This document shows, in pieces, positions 1-12,963 of a stretch of 64,000 bases of DNA. The notes beneath the pieces were generated by a model, which saw only the letters and a list, made by a program, of their open reading frames with translations, was not told where the DNA came from and searched no databases. The position numbers and the translations under genes were made by a program. The stretch comes from Octopus vulgaris. Lineage: Eukaryota. Numbering within the stretch: the first letter of the stretch is position 1; every line of letters begins with the position of its first letter. Location: assembly GCA_951406725.2 (NCBI GenBank), contig OX597836.1, positions 29,636,001 through 29,700,000 on the forward strand, written 5' to 3'.

Positions 1-1749
1 ATAAGATGAAGCGACGGAAGCAGAAGTAGCCATGCTGAGATTAATGTTCAGACTTAAAAGGGAGGCAGAGATTAGTATGCTGAAGGAATGAGGCAGGTAA
101 TCAGGGATATTGATTAGAGAATTAGCTAGAGAAGCTAAACTAGATCTCAGAGAGGGAGGTCAATAATTGGTTTCATGGCCTGCTAGAAATAGCAGCCAAA
201 TCCTTCTCCACTCATTTGGTTTTGTCTTATACGAAGCAGTACACATTACATTATTTCTTTATTGCCCACAAGGGGCTACACATAGAGGGGACAAGCAAGG
301 ACAGACAAAGGGATTAAGTCGATTACATCGACCCAATGTGTAACTGGTACTTAATTCATCGATCCCGAAAGGATGAAAGGCAAAGTCGACCTCGGTGGAA
401 TTTGAACCCAGAACATAAAGACAGACGAAATACCGCAAAGCATTTTGTCTGGCATGCTAACGTTTCTTATTTCTTTATTGCCCACAAGGGGCTAAACATA
501 GAGGGGACAAACAAGGACAAACAAAGGGATTAAGTCGATTACATCGAACCAGTGCGTAACTGGTACTTATTTTATTGACCCTGAAAGAATGAAAAGCAAA
601 GTTGACCTCAGCAGAATTTGAACTCAGAACGTAACGGCAAACGAAATACCGCTAAGCATTTCGTCCGGCATGCAAATGTTTCTGCAGCTCGCACACATTA
701 CATTATGTAGTCCTTGATATACTATGTATGAGAACAACACTGAACAGTCACACCTGAACATTTCTGATCTCAGGTCTGCTTGATCGTGGAAAACCTGATT
801 CTAAGGAAGGAACAGCTATGTTAGTGAAGGCATGCCAAGGAAGGCACCTCTGAGGGCCACACAACCTACAAGAAATAGTAGCTAAGTTTCTTTTGAATCA
901 CAGCTTACCATCTCAAAAAAGGAGAGGACTCAACAGCATGGCCATGACTGGAACACCTTCAATCATAAGTCAACTCAATCAGGATTGAAAAACTGGCACT
1001 CCATCAGTTAGAATGATGAGAGTTCCAGTTGACCCAATCAACAGATCAGCCTGCATATGAAATTAACGCAAAAGTGGTTGAGTACCCCACAGATATGCAT
1101 AACATTAACATAGGAGATTCAATGCGATGCAGAATGTAACACAGCTGGATCTCTGAATTACAGGTGCAACTCATTTTTGCTAGCTGCTGAGTGGACTGAA
1201 ACAGTGTGAAATGAAGTATCTTGCTCTAGGACACAAAGGTAGTACTGGGGTCTGTGGACTAAATTCAAAATTTCATAAGAAGCTTGCTTCCCAACGACAT
1301 GGTTCTGGATTCAGTCCCACTGCGTGGTATCTTGGGTAAGTGTCTTATACAAGTACCTTGTGAGTGGATTTGGTAGACAGAAACTGAAAGAGCCCATTGT
1401 ATATATACATGTGTGTGTGTGTGTGTATTTGTGTGTCTGTGTCCCCCACCACCATCATTGCTTGACAACCGATGTTAATGAGTTTATGTCCCCTTAACTT
1501 AGCAGTTCAGCAAAAGAGACCGATAGAATAAGTACAAGGCTTACAAAGAGTAAGTTCTGGGATCAATTCATTCAACTAAAGGCAGCGCTCCAGCATGGCC
1601 ACATTCAAATGACTGAAACAAGTGAAAAAATAAAAGTATATATAAGGATAAGCATAATAAAAGGGGTCCACGGGAAAACTCATTTAAATAAACGGGTTGG
1701 AAACCACTGCTGGGAACCCTTGTGAAAAGGCTGGGAACCACTGTCTTAG

Positions 1750-2175
1750 TGTTTAAATTGGCAATAGCAGGCCCAGATATTCTACCTGTTTTAAGTTTAA
1801 ACAGACTAAATTTGGCCTTTCACACCTACCATACAATATCATTTTAAAAATATAGAATCATATCATCAAAAATCTCAAAGCTACAAGATAATGCATGGTT
1901 AATCCAAAACAATGTGATTGAAAAGCATTACATTTGATAATAATTTAAATGCTACAGGATTAAACCAGCCATATCCAGCACAAATTTTCCAGCTGGTTTA
2001 TATTCAAACTGACAAGATCTAGCCTCTCACAACTACCCTATAATATCCATCTAAAAATAAACATGTACATCATTGAAATCTCAAAGCTACAAGTTAATGT
2101 ATGATTCCACGAAAACAATATGATATTCATATTGTAAGCAAATGTCAATTGAGAGAGTGATCTGAATGATAAAGA
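1750..2175. mobile_element. Tandem pair of a ~210-bp MITE-like repeat
   Basis: Two successive copies (…CTCACACCTACC…AAATCTCAAAGCTACAAG…AATGCTA…); fragment also at ~36580-36690. Confidence 0.55.
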
Positions 2176-2555
2176 ATTATGCTATATAAACCTTAATGAT
2201 CTCTTGTTGAAAAGATGACACTAGAATGGGGGTCGGTGAACCGGGGTAAATTATCCCAAGTGGGGTAAAAATGAAATTCTTGGGGGTAATGCGGACTCAT
2301 TAGACATAAATAAAATTATATAAAAAACATGTTCCTTGTTACGACAGATTTTTTTCTTTTGGCAACAACACTGCATCTGTCCAATATAATGGACGTGTAA
2401 GTAGATTCATATAAATAAATTCAATAAATTTTTTGAATTCTAAGAATCTATGATTTTCTCCCTTTCAAATCAAGGGGGCAATGTTGGTGTGAATAAATAT
2501 ATTTTAGAGTAATTGGTTAAAAATGTTTCCTGATACCCGCAATAGAAGGTCTTAT

Positions 2556-2838
2556 TTGTTTATTTATTTATGCACCCTTTTCAAGCCTAGTTTCTATGGC
2601 GTATGTGTTCTCCCCAGGGGTGCCAGTCCATCGCAGCGTTACTCAAGAAACAGGAAGAAAGAGCGAGAGAAAGTTGAGGCGAAAGTGTACAACAGGGGTC
2701 ACCACCACCCCCTGCTGGAGCTCATGGAGCTTTAGGTATTTTCGCTCAATAAACACATAACGCCCGTCCTGGGAATCGAAACCGCAATCCTCCGACCGCG
2801 AGTCCGCTGCCCTAACCACTAGGCCATTGCGCCTCCGC
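2556..2838 (-). mobile_element. SINE family C, tail type 2, with 12-bp TSD
   Basis: AGAAGGTCTTAT at 2544-2555 and 2839-2850; (TAAA)n tail; inserted in a degenerate hAT-like element (~2225-2970). Confidence 0.9.
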
Positions 2839-3434
2839 AGAAGGTCTTATAAAGATTGAAAATTATTTTGAATTTGAGCTTTCTGCAGATCAAGCAAAAA
2901 ATAACCAGCACAAGCAAAAATGTCCTCTGTAGCGAAGTGGGAGAGATAGTCACATGAAAAGGTTGAGAATGACTTTTAACCAACAAGTTAAACAAACGAT
3001 CGATTAGTTAGCTGAATAGACATTTAATCAATTGTCTAATAGAGGAGTAGAATTGAACCAGTGGATGTGTTATTAATATTAGCATGATGACTCTCCCAAG
3101 ACAACAAATTTGTTTCAACACAAGAATTCATATAAAGAAACTTGCAAGCCAAATTCAAAAACCAAGTTGACATGATAAATTTTTCTATAAAAAAAAAGCG
3201 ATATTAAAAAGTTAAAAGTTTAAGAAAAATTATATAGAAGCTTATCTTGTTTTATTAATTATTCTTTCATATAACAAAATATGAATAACGTGTTTTACTC
3301 ATCATATTTATAAATTCCAATAAATAGGTCAAACGACTGCATTGAAGTTCTCTCCGTTGGCTCGTAATCAAAGACTTTATGGGAAGTGAAAAGGTTAATG
3401 CTTTCCCAAGTCACGAGACTCCATAAAAGCTGAT

Positions 3435-3534
3435 CTATATCTATCTGTCTATCTCTCTATCTATCTATCCATCCATCTATCTATCTGTCTATATATCTAT
3501 CTCTCTATCTGTCTGACTGTCTATCTATCTATCC

Positions 3535-3565
<31 letters not shown>

Positions 3566-3574
3566 CATCCATCC

Positions 3575-3621
<47 letters not shown>

Positions 3622-3765
3622 CATCTATCCATCAATCTAATCTATCTATCTATCTATCTATCCCTCCATCTATCTGTCTATCTATCTATCTATCCATCAG
3701 TCTAATCTATCTATCTATCCATCTATCTAATCTGTATATCTTTCTGGCTACCTGTCTGTCTATCT
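3435..3765. repeat. (TCTA/TCCA)n microsatellite
   Basis: Direct reading. Confidence 0.95.
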
Positions 3766-3965
3766 CTTTTTAAGATAATTTGGGGTTGTTTTGTTGATGC
3801 TGTTCCTTTTATACTTGTTCTTTTAGGTACATCATTTATTCTTTTAATTTGCGTTACTTTTCCAATTGTGATACAAATAAAATGAACCAAGCATCTTTTA
3901 TTTTTTCTTCTCCATTTTCTTTTATTGACTTTTTAATTTCATGAGACTGTACACATATACACATA

Positions 3966-4347
3966 CTAGCAGTATCGCCCGGCGTTGCTCAGGTTTGTAA
4001 GGGAAATAACTATAAAGCATTTTTAGAGAGTTATAGCCAAAAAATAGCAAAAAAATGGGAAAAAAATGATGGTAAATTTTTTTGAGAGTTAAAACAGGTG
4101 GAGTTGCGTCCCCTAGACGGTCTGTGGTTTGGGTTTCTCATTCTCGACCCCATGTCGAATTTATCGATTTTTTCAGAACTGGGGGAACTTTTCAAAATTT
4201 TCGCTGCGTTAGTTTTGAATTATGACATTGGGCTATGTGTGTGTCAAGTTTCATCAGAATCGGTTGAAAGCCGTGGTCAGAGTGAGGGTACGAGAAAACA
4301 GACACACAGAAAACGCACAGACAAACTGCCGTTAATATAGAGAGAGA
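3966..4347 (-). mobile_element. Non-autonomous Helitron
   Basis: Minus strand begins A|TC and ends with a GC hairpin (CCTGAGCAACGCCGGG) plus CTAG|T. Same 3' end as 17887-18262. Confidence 0.75.
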
Positions 4348-5095
4348 TATTGAGGAACTTTCTATCAATATATTTGGTTAAGCCCAATTGGCATCTGGAT
4401 TGTTTTTTAACAATCCCTTACGGGGATATTGCTTCCTCAAATTCTGAATGTGAGTGTGTGTGTATGTATATATATATAGAGAGAGAGAGGGGGGAGGGAG
4501 AGAGAGAAAGAGAGAGAGAAGACACGTACATATACGAGAGTGTGAACGAATATATGTCATTATTTAGTCTATTTCAAGATTTCTTGCCAATAGAGAAAAT
4601 ATGTATGTATGTATATATGTATGTAAGTGAACGTGTATGTATATATATGTGTGTGTGTGTGTATACATACATACATACGTACATATGTACATACATACAT
4701 ACGTACATACATACATACATGTGTGTATATATATATATATATATATACACACATGCATACACATACATACACATACACTCACACGCACGCCCGCACACAT
4801 TGTTAAGCGGATGAGAGATAAATCTTCTAAATAGGTCATTGGTTTCTCTCTCATATTGCTCTTCTTGCAAAGAGGTACTTAAAAATCGCTGCTGCAGGCT
4901 AATGACTGAACCATTCATCAATTATTTCAGCGGATTGGCAGAATCGTTAGAGCGTCGAATAAATGCCCTATGGTATTTAGTTACAACTAAATTCAAACTT
5001 GGCCGAGATCAAACTCTGCTTTCCATCCTTCCGGGGGTTGATTTAATAAACTGATTCCTTCCTCCAAAAAATTCTGGCCTTATGTTACAAAGCGA

Positions 5096-5403
5096 GGTAC
5101 TATTTAAGAAGAGTGGTCCCGGTGCGCGCACTCGCGTACTCGCGCAAGCTAGTCGCGACTAGTCGATCCTTACTTTGTGTTTTTGTTTTATTTACTTTGT
5201 TTAAAAAATTATTTACTTTGTGTTTTTGTGTTTTATTTAATTTGTTTTAAAAAATTATTTACTTTGTGTAAAAAAAATGATTTATTTTGTGTTTTATTTA
5301 CTTTGCTAGGTAGTCGTTATAGGATCGACTAGTCACGACTAGCTAGTGCGGATGCGCGAGTACGCGAGTGCGCGCACCGGGACCACTCTTCTTAAGTAGT
5401 ACC
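5096..5403. mobile_element. MITE with ~75-bp TIRs and 9-bp TSD (Merlin- or Mutator-like)
   Basis: TIR GGTACTA(T/C)TTAAGAAGAGTGGTCCCGGTGCGCGCACTCGCGTACTCGCGCA at both ends. ACAAAGCGA duplicated at 5087-5095 and 5404-5412. AT-rich internal tandem repeats. Confidence 0.9.
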
Positions 5404-6123
5404 ACAAAGCGATTGGACAGATTTGCAATCAAACTAACAAGCAGCAGAAGGATCTCCCTCAAATCTCATCTTACCGTCTTAAAAGGAGAAATAAGGGATC
5501 TTTTCGCTTTGACCGGCAGATTTTTAAAATAATTTCTTTGTAACTAAACACTTTTAAACTTCGTATAGTGGTAGAATGTGTTACATAAAACATCTTTTTC
5601 TCTTGGCTTTCTTGAGAAAATTCTGTAGTTTGTATAAGTAAAAGAGAGCTGGACATCTATAACTTCGTTCTAAGCTTCTCCACTCTTAAAAAGGTATAAT
5701 GACAGATGTTCGAGGGCTTTTGATCATAGGTTTGTTCGATTTCATTTGACTTCGTGCTAAACGATAAAAACTAGGAACAAAAGACATTAGTACTTTAGAG
5801 AGTAAATTTGAAACAACAAAAATTTCTGTTTAACCCCAAGTGAGTTCTGATGTAGCAGACCTATGATCGAAGATGTTCAAGTCATGATCAACCCTCCCCT
5901 TTTCGTATAATGTGCGTGCCTTAATTTTTTTTTTAAGCGGAAGGGTGTGATTCGAGAAAGATTTGGTGGTTATTTCTAGCATGTCGACCGACTCTGTTAG
6001 TGAAAATAACCAGTGTTTCATGACCCTTTGTCTCACGTCCCAGATCAGTTTTCCTAAGAGGAATAAAACAAAAATAGTGCTCTTCACTATAAACAGACAT
6101 AGAACCAAGGACACGTACGTACG

Positions 6124-6184
<61 letters not shown>

Positions 6185-8204
6185 ATAATAATATAAATTA
6201 TATATAAATACATGCATATATACATACATATACTACAGATCTACATATATATGTATATAGGTAAAAATTTTCGTGTAACACCCGCATGATTTTCACTAAG
6301 AAAAAAGAAACTCGGATTTTTTGCGTGGAATCAAGTACTCTGACCTCGTGATATGCTGCAAATCCCACATTTTTGTTCGGAATTGGTCCGGAAAGGGGGT
6401 TGGGGGAACTCCCCCCCTCCCGGAATTTTCACTTAAAAAAAAAACTCTGATTTTTTGCGTGGAATCAAGTACCCTGCATGCATATATGGGTACAGGACAT
6501 CAAAAAAACGTAGACAAAATGAGAAACGAGAACATAAAAAAAAAAACGAACTTTTTTTTCGAACAACGAAAAAACAAACAGAGAAACGAAACATGCAACA
6601 TAAAGAACATTCCCTTCATCGGTTGTCCCCTGTTTTATCTACACACACTGAAACTGGGCGATTGTCATTTGCGACGAACTCGACAAGAAAAGTAAAATAA
6701 TTTTCTTTGAAATGAAATAATTATACGCACTTGATCCAACAAAATGGTATTTATAAAATCTGCTTTTGTTTCCCCTTTGGAAAATATTCCTGATTTATTT
6801 TGTTATATATTTTGTTATAATAAACTGAGATATAAGAATTACTCAGGATAAAAACTATCAAAGGCATTTAACACATCGATACACATAGTTCGGTGTCCGG
6901 AAAAAAATCACAATTTTAACGGGGGGGGGGTATATTTTATTTAAATACTATAAACAGTTAATGAAATTAATTTTTGGTAGAAACGTTAGCACGCCGGGCG
7001 AAATGCTTATCGGTATTTCGTCTGCGTTACGTTGTGAGTTCAAATTCCGCCGAGGTCGACTTTGCCTTTCATCCTTTCGGGGTCGATAAATTAAGTACCA
7101 GTTACGCACTGGGGTCGATGTAATTGACTTAATACCTATGTCTGTCCTTGCTTGTCCCCTCTATGTTTAGCCCCTTGTGGGTAATAAAGAAATAGGTATT
7201 TCGTCTGCCGTTACGTTCTGAGTTCAAGTTCTGCCGAGGTCGACTTTGCCTTTCATCTTTTCGGGGTCGATGTAATCGACTTAATCCGTTTGCCTGTCCT
7301 TGTTTGTCCCTTCTGTGTTTAGCCCCTTGTGGGTAGTAAAGAAATAGGTATTACACGTGTGTGTGTGTGGGGGGGAACCTTTTATTCAATTTCTTAAAGT
7401 AACAATAAGTCATTTATTAACAATAACTGATTGAAAACACCTAACATAGTGTTGTGACATTACGTGTATATTCAATATTTTTTAAACTGATGTCTAAGGT
7501 GAATATTCCAGCCGACACCCTATAAACTCTACCCACCATCTTGTTCTCCCGTCGAGCAAACAACTTATGAAGCTGTTGACGAACTCTTCTTTGAAGTGGG
7601 CCAGATCTGCTGGATAATTAAGCTCACTTTTTTATGACTTTTTTTTTTCCTTTGGAGATTGAAAATACCTAACATAATTGAAGCATTACATGTATATTCA
7701 ATATTTTCAATGTTGATGGCTGAGACGAATATTTCAGCTGACACCACAAATAAACTCTGCCATTATCTCATGGTTCTCCCATCAAGCAAAACGAGTTACG
7801 ACTTCTGAACTTTTTTCCTTGAATTCCATAGTACATACATCTCTCAAAAAGTTTGCACCAGTTAACTATTGCTTCTCTAGCGACATCGACTTGATAGCAA
7901 CATATTGTTTGCAACCAACTGCTTGCCCATTGGCTCTACAAGGCAAAGCAATGGGACACGAGGCTTTGAGGCATATCTACACGAGTGTACCTTCCCCCGA
8001 TTTGTTTCCTCATAAATTTCACTAAAGAGGGGTATTTTTTTAATGAAATTTTCCACAATATACATTTTACATGGTGTAGATTAACGTTTATATTAGAGTT
8101 TAATGTAGAATAAAAACTAAAAGATTAAATTAGTACTCACGCACACACACGTACGTGTACGTACGTACATGCATGCATACATACGTACATACATGCATAC
8201 ATAC

Positions 8205-8370
8205 ATTTGGAAAAATTGGGCCACCTCGGAACTCTCTGCATTTAATAAAACAGTGGACCACAATGTATTTGCAGTGTCAGTACTCATACCAACATTTAGG
8301 CTGCTTCGTTGGACGCTTGATGAGATCCAAGCCATTAATGTGAAACCCGGAAAATACTCAGAACTGAACA
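8205..8370 (+). mobile_element. Non-LTR retrotransposon RT-thumb relic (R4/Dong-like)
   Basis: WATSELSAFNKTVDHNVFAVSVLIPTFRLLRWTLDEIQAINVKPGK resembles the R4-clade pattern W.SELS..NK..A.N.FA.PVL..TFG...WT..EI..ID.KTRK. Confidence 0.65.
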
Positions 8371-9099
8371 ATCTCTGCTAAATTTCAAGCCAACGACAGA
8401 GCCTTTAAACAGTCGCTCGACTTGCTAGAAATAGCAGCCAAATTTCCCTCCATGTCACATTCCTATGATTTTAAAAAGTGCAAATTGAATAATGTAATCA
8501 GAGCGTGAATGCCTTTGATTACAAGTCTACTTGATACATGACTGATGTGTGCTCAATAGAGAGAGAGCTAACGACAGTATACAAGTTTGCGGTTAAATTA
8601 CTTGCATGGTAATTCAGAGAGCAGACAATTCAGTTGCTAAAACAACTGAATATTCAAGGTTTAACGCAATCATGGACTAACCACGGCCCGCGGGATTTTC
8701 TGAATGGCACACCAACGAAAAATTACTTGGATATTAATTTTTTTTTTCTTTTTTCACTTGTGCGATCCGCCTGCTGATGAGCCATTCTCGTGTGGGCCCA
8801 CTTCTCGAAAAAGGTTGCTCACGCCTGGTTTAAAACCGACGGAAATCCACTTACTATACGGCTTAACCAAAAGCTTCAGCAAATCTCACAATTGTAAAGT
8901 AGTAAAACAATGGAATTAGTTTTAAGGTGTGAAGAGGAATAGATTAAATATCGTCTGAAGGCATTAATACACTGGACAGTTTCCCGAGGGTCCTTCTACA
9001 GGTCAATGGGCCCTGTACTAATGTATGTAGGCTACGTTTTGCTGTCAATGGGCCCTGTACTAATGTATGTAGGCTACGTTTTGCTGTCAATGAGTAAAT

Positions 9100-9328
9100 A
9101 CGGTTCCACGTTAACCTGCGTTCTAATTGGCTAGTTACACTTTAGCGTTCAGTCTAACCCTAATTCTAACCTGATCCTAAACCCCTATCCTAAACTTTAG
9201 CCCTAATCCTTTGCCCTAAACTTTAACCCTAACACTAAATCCTGACCTTAACCTAACCCCCAGATCAGGTTATTTCCCAGTGTAAGACTTTAGATACTGC
9301 GATAGACCGCACGTTAAAGTGGGACCAT
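9100..9328. repeat. Degenerate (CCCTAA)n array bracketed by ~25-bp inverted repeats
   Basis: GGTTCCACGTTAACCTGCGTTCTA / TAGACCGCACGTTAAAGTGGGACC, around TAACCC-like units at 9155-9260. Confidence 0.65.
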
Positions 9329-9638
9329 AAATACTATAGAACCTAGCGCATTGATTTTCCAGGGGACCTGGTGTGCTGCTAAGACAATCCTATAAGAGAG
9401 AGAGAGAGAGAGAAAGAGAGAGCGCTAACGTTTCGGAGAAAAACAATGAAAGTTCAGTTACTCAGGATGCAAGAAGGAAAGGAAATGATAAAGGTTAAGA
9501 GAAGTTATTTGTATTTGGTTCGCGATTTTCACTTAGCCACTGTTTATGGCGTAAAGGTCAGTGTTTCTGATTTCTATAGGCGCAGGCGTGTCTGTGTGGT
9601 TAAGAAGCTTGCTTCTCAGCTATATGGTCTTGGTTTCA

Positions 9639-10024
9639 GTGGAGGCGCAATGGCCCAGTGGTTAGGGCAGCGGACTCGCGGTCGGAGGATCGCGGTTTCG
9701 ATTCCCAGACCGGGCATTGTGAGTGTTTATTGAGCGAAAACACCTAAAGCTCCACGAGGCTCCGGCAGGGGGGTGGGGGGTGAACCCTGCTGTACTCTTT
9801 TACCACAACTTTCTCTCGCTCTTTCTTCCTGTTTCTCTTGTACCTGTATTTCAAAGGGCCAGCCTTGTCACATTCTGTGTGTCACGCTGAATCTCCTCGA
9901 GAACTACGTTAAGGGTACACGTGTCTGTGGAGTGCTCAGACACTTGCACGTTAATATCACGAGCAAGCTGTTCCGTTGATCGTATCAGCTGGGACCCTCA
10001 TCGTCGCAACCGACGGAGTGCTCC
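9639..10024 (+). mobile_element. tRNA-derived SINE family C, tail type 1 (also 22370-22749 -, 34699-35075 +)
   Basis: tRNA-like head GGAGGCGCAATGGCCCAGTGGTTAGGGCAGCGGACTCGCGGTC...GGTTTCGATTCCC; here inserted into a family A head. Confidence 0.9.
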
Positions 10025-10358
10025 TATATATCTATATCTTGGGTTCAGTTCCACTGTGTGAAACCTTGGGTGTCTTCTAGTATAGCCCGGGGGTCGACCA
10101 AAAGTTTGTAAGTTTAGTAGACGGAAACTGAAAGAAGCCTGTCATATAAACAGATGAGTTTGTGTTTGTCCACCGCCACCGCTTAAAAATGGATGTTGGA
10201 TTGTTTACGTAACTTAGCGGTTAGGCAAAAGAGACCGACAGAATAAGTACCAGGCTTACAAATAAGTGCTGGAGGTTGATTTGTTCTCAACTCATTGGAC
10301 TGTGGTCATGGTGGTTGTGCACCAGCATGACCGCAGCCCAAAGAGTTGAAGCAAGTAA

Positions 10359-10720
10359 TCTTCTATATATATAAACGGCAAAATGCCTGTGTGTGTGTCC
10401 TTTATACAAATCCACAATTTTTCAGTTCGAGGGCTCGCACTTTCTATGGTCATTCAAAACCGTCCAAGGGTGGTCGTGCACATCTTTACATTTCCCCAGT
10501 CACCCCGCAAAGCCATTAAAAATATCAATAGAAGTGACTTTTTTGTGAATTTTCTATCCAAAACCCAATCAAAATGCCCGAAACTTGATACGCCAATTGA
10601 ATGCCAGCTAGCTGTATGTGATTGGTCGGAGATTTGGACAGTACTCGCGTGTATGTGCGCACGCAGCTGTATATGCATGCACTAGCACTATGACCCGGCG
10701 TTGCCGGGTCATAGTGCTAG
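10359..10720 (+). mobile_element. Non-autonomous Helitron (second family), inserted in a SINE tail
   Basis: A|TC start; ends ACTAGCACTATGACCCGGC gtt GCCGGGTCATAGTGCTAG|T. Confidence 0.75.
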
Positions 10721-12814
10721 TAAAAGATAAAAGATTTCGGATTGACAGGTTAGTATTTCAAGTCAGAAAGTGCTTTCTTCATCGAAACAGCTGGGAGTTT
10801 TAGTGTTCATTTAATTACAAAACGTATGCAATGTCTTTTTCTACTCTAGGCACAAGGCCCGAAAATTTTGGGGGAGGGGGCTAGTCAATTAGATCGACCC
10901 AGTACGTAACTGGTACTTAATTTATCAACTCCGAAAGGATGAAAGGCAAAGTCGACCTCGGCGGAATTTGAACTCAGAACGTAAAGACAGACGAAATACC
11001 TATTTCTTTACTACCCACAAGGGGCTAAAAACACAGAGAGGACAGACAAACGGATTAAGTCGATTACATCGACCTCAGTGCGTAACTGGTACTTATTTAA
11101 TCGACCCCGAAAGGATGAAAGGCAAAGTCGACCTCGGCGGAATTTGAACTCAGAACGTAGCGGCAAACGAAATACCGCTAAATATTTCGCCCGGCTTACT
11201 AACAATTCTGCCAGCTCGCCGCACAAAACGCATGCAATGTCATGACAGAGAAGGAAGCATATTAGTTTCATAAACTATAAAAGAAAACTCTGTGTGCGTG
11301 TTTATATATGCATACATACTTGTGGTGAAAATTTCCTATCAAAGTTATTTCAACACGAGTAAAGCGGATCTTGTTTTGACTACCGACGAAGTCCGTCCAG
11401 GCAGATAGACAGACATATATATGTCAGGTACAATTACATGATGTAGACTGTATCATGTTCTTAGCTGTTAGGGCGGTGAGGTGTTTAACAGCTGTAAATG
11501 CGTTGCAAAACGCCATGTTACCAGTTTGACGAATTGACGATGAAATTGCAGGACTATGTACTTGTGGTATAAGAAAGATTTATTACAAAAATTTGGTGAT
11601 TTAAATCGGCACCGATTAAATTCGTTCATTGTGTACGGGGTAGCATTTGTACAAATGTTTGTTATAATATTTGTATGAATGCGTACGTAACAGGTAGGTA
11701 GCAGGCCAGCCATTGTAGTAAGCTTATTGTTATTGTATTTTGTGTTTTATGACGACCACGAAAGTATCTAGGGAAGGACGACCTGGTCTATTGTGTTGGT
11801 GAAAAGAGGCCTTATGTCTTTGTGTTGGAGAGACATATAAGCCGAAGATCAAATCGGTCCTCGGTTAAAATGTTTCCCCTTGTGGGTGTATCGACAAGGT
11901 AAGAACACCAACTACCAGAAATGGCCTCTGTATGTCTGCTTATATTTGTGAAGCCAAGCAGATGATTAAATGAGACAGAGGTCGAAAAGGCCGAACAGAA
12001 CCATACGACAATAAATCGTCTCTACCGCAGATAAAGCGTTAATAAGATTAATAACAACAAAAAACAAAAAAAAGCAAGAGGAACCTCTCATCGTGCATTG
12101 CGCATATCTCTTCCCCGCTCCCCTGCTCCTGTTGCCTAAACCCCACCTTGTCATCTTCCCGCCTCTCTCTCTCTCTCGTCTTCTTTACCCCGTCAACTGT
12201 ATCATTATTATTCTATAGCTCTCCCCTCCACCAGCTTTTTTTTCAGCATCTCTATCTTCCCAACTCCTAACACTTCAGTCATCACCCTTCAACCCAACCC
12301 AACCCAACCCAACTTCTTTTACAGCTGCAGACTGCTTCCCCATCCCCACACCACCTTCTGTTCCCAACGCAATTTCGTTACAGTTCCCATCCACCCGCTT
12401 CTGTTTACCCCGTGCATTCAAGAGCCACCCAGACACACCTCATCCCTTCGCAGCTTCTAATAATTCTCTTGCTAAATGCGAATAACCATGCAGCTCTTCT
12501 CCAAGAACATTCTCCCATACCCTAACTCCTCGTCCCCGAGCATAGAAACCGACCGCCCACCCCCTTCGGCGTTCGTAGCCTTGCAAAGTGCATAGCAACC
12601 CCAATAGTGGTTGGTGCTAGGAAGGGCATCTAGCCGCAGAAATCATGCCAAAGCAGACATTGGTGTACGATGTAATCCTTGGACACACCAGATCCTATCA
12701 AACTGCCCAACCTATGCCCAGTATGGGACATGGACGTTAAATGATGATGACGATGGTGGTGATGATGACGATGATGATAATGATAAGCACTATCCATTTT
12801 TGCCTTTTTACATA

Positions 12815-12963
12815 CCGTATATACTCGTGTAAAAGTCGAATTCTTTAGACCATTTTTAAGGTCAAATTTATAGGGTCGACTATTACATGGATACTACTAT
12901 TTTTTGGTCAAAAATAAGGGGTCGACCTTTACATGAGATCGACTATTACTCGAGTATATACGG
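12815..12963. mobile_element. Tc2-like (TcMar) MITE
   Basis: TA|CCGTATATACTCGTGTAAAAGTCGA ... TCGACTATTACTCGAGTATATACGG|TA. Confidence 0.8.

Noticed and set aside
7400-8065. Possible transposase or exon relic with internal duplication
   Set aside because: No recognisable motif or termini; left unassigned.
8770-8828. Hammerhead at CTGATGAGCC
   Set aside because: GAAA does not follow the stem; the region looks like a hAT MITE end (AAAAGGTTGCTCACGCCTG).
9639-9717. tRNA gene
   Set aside because: No proper acceptor stem, and it continues into a SINE body. The same applies to the other heads, including 38345-38495.
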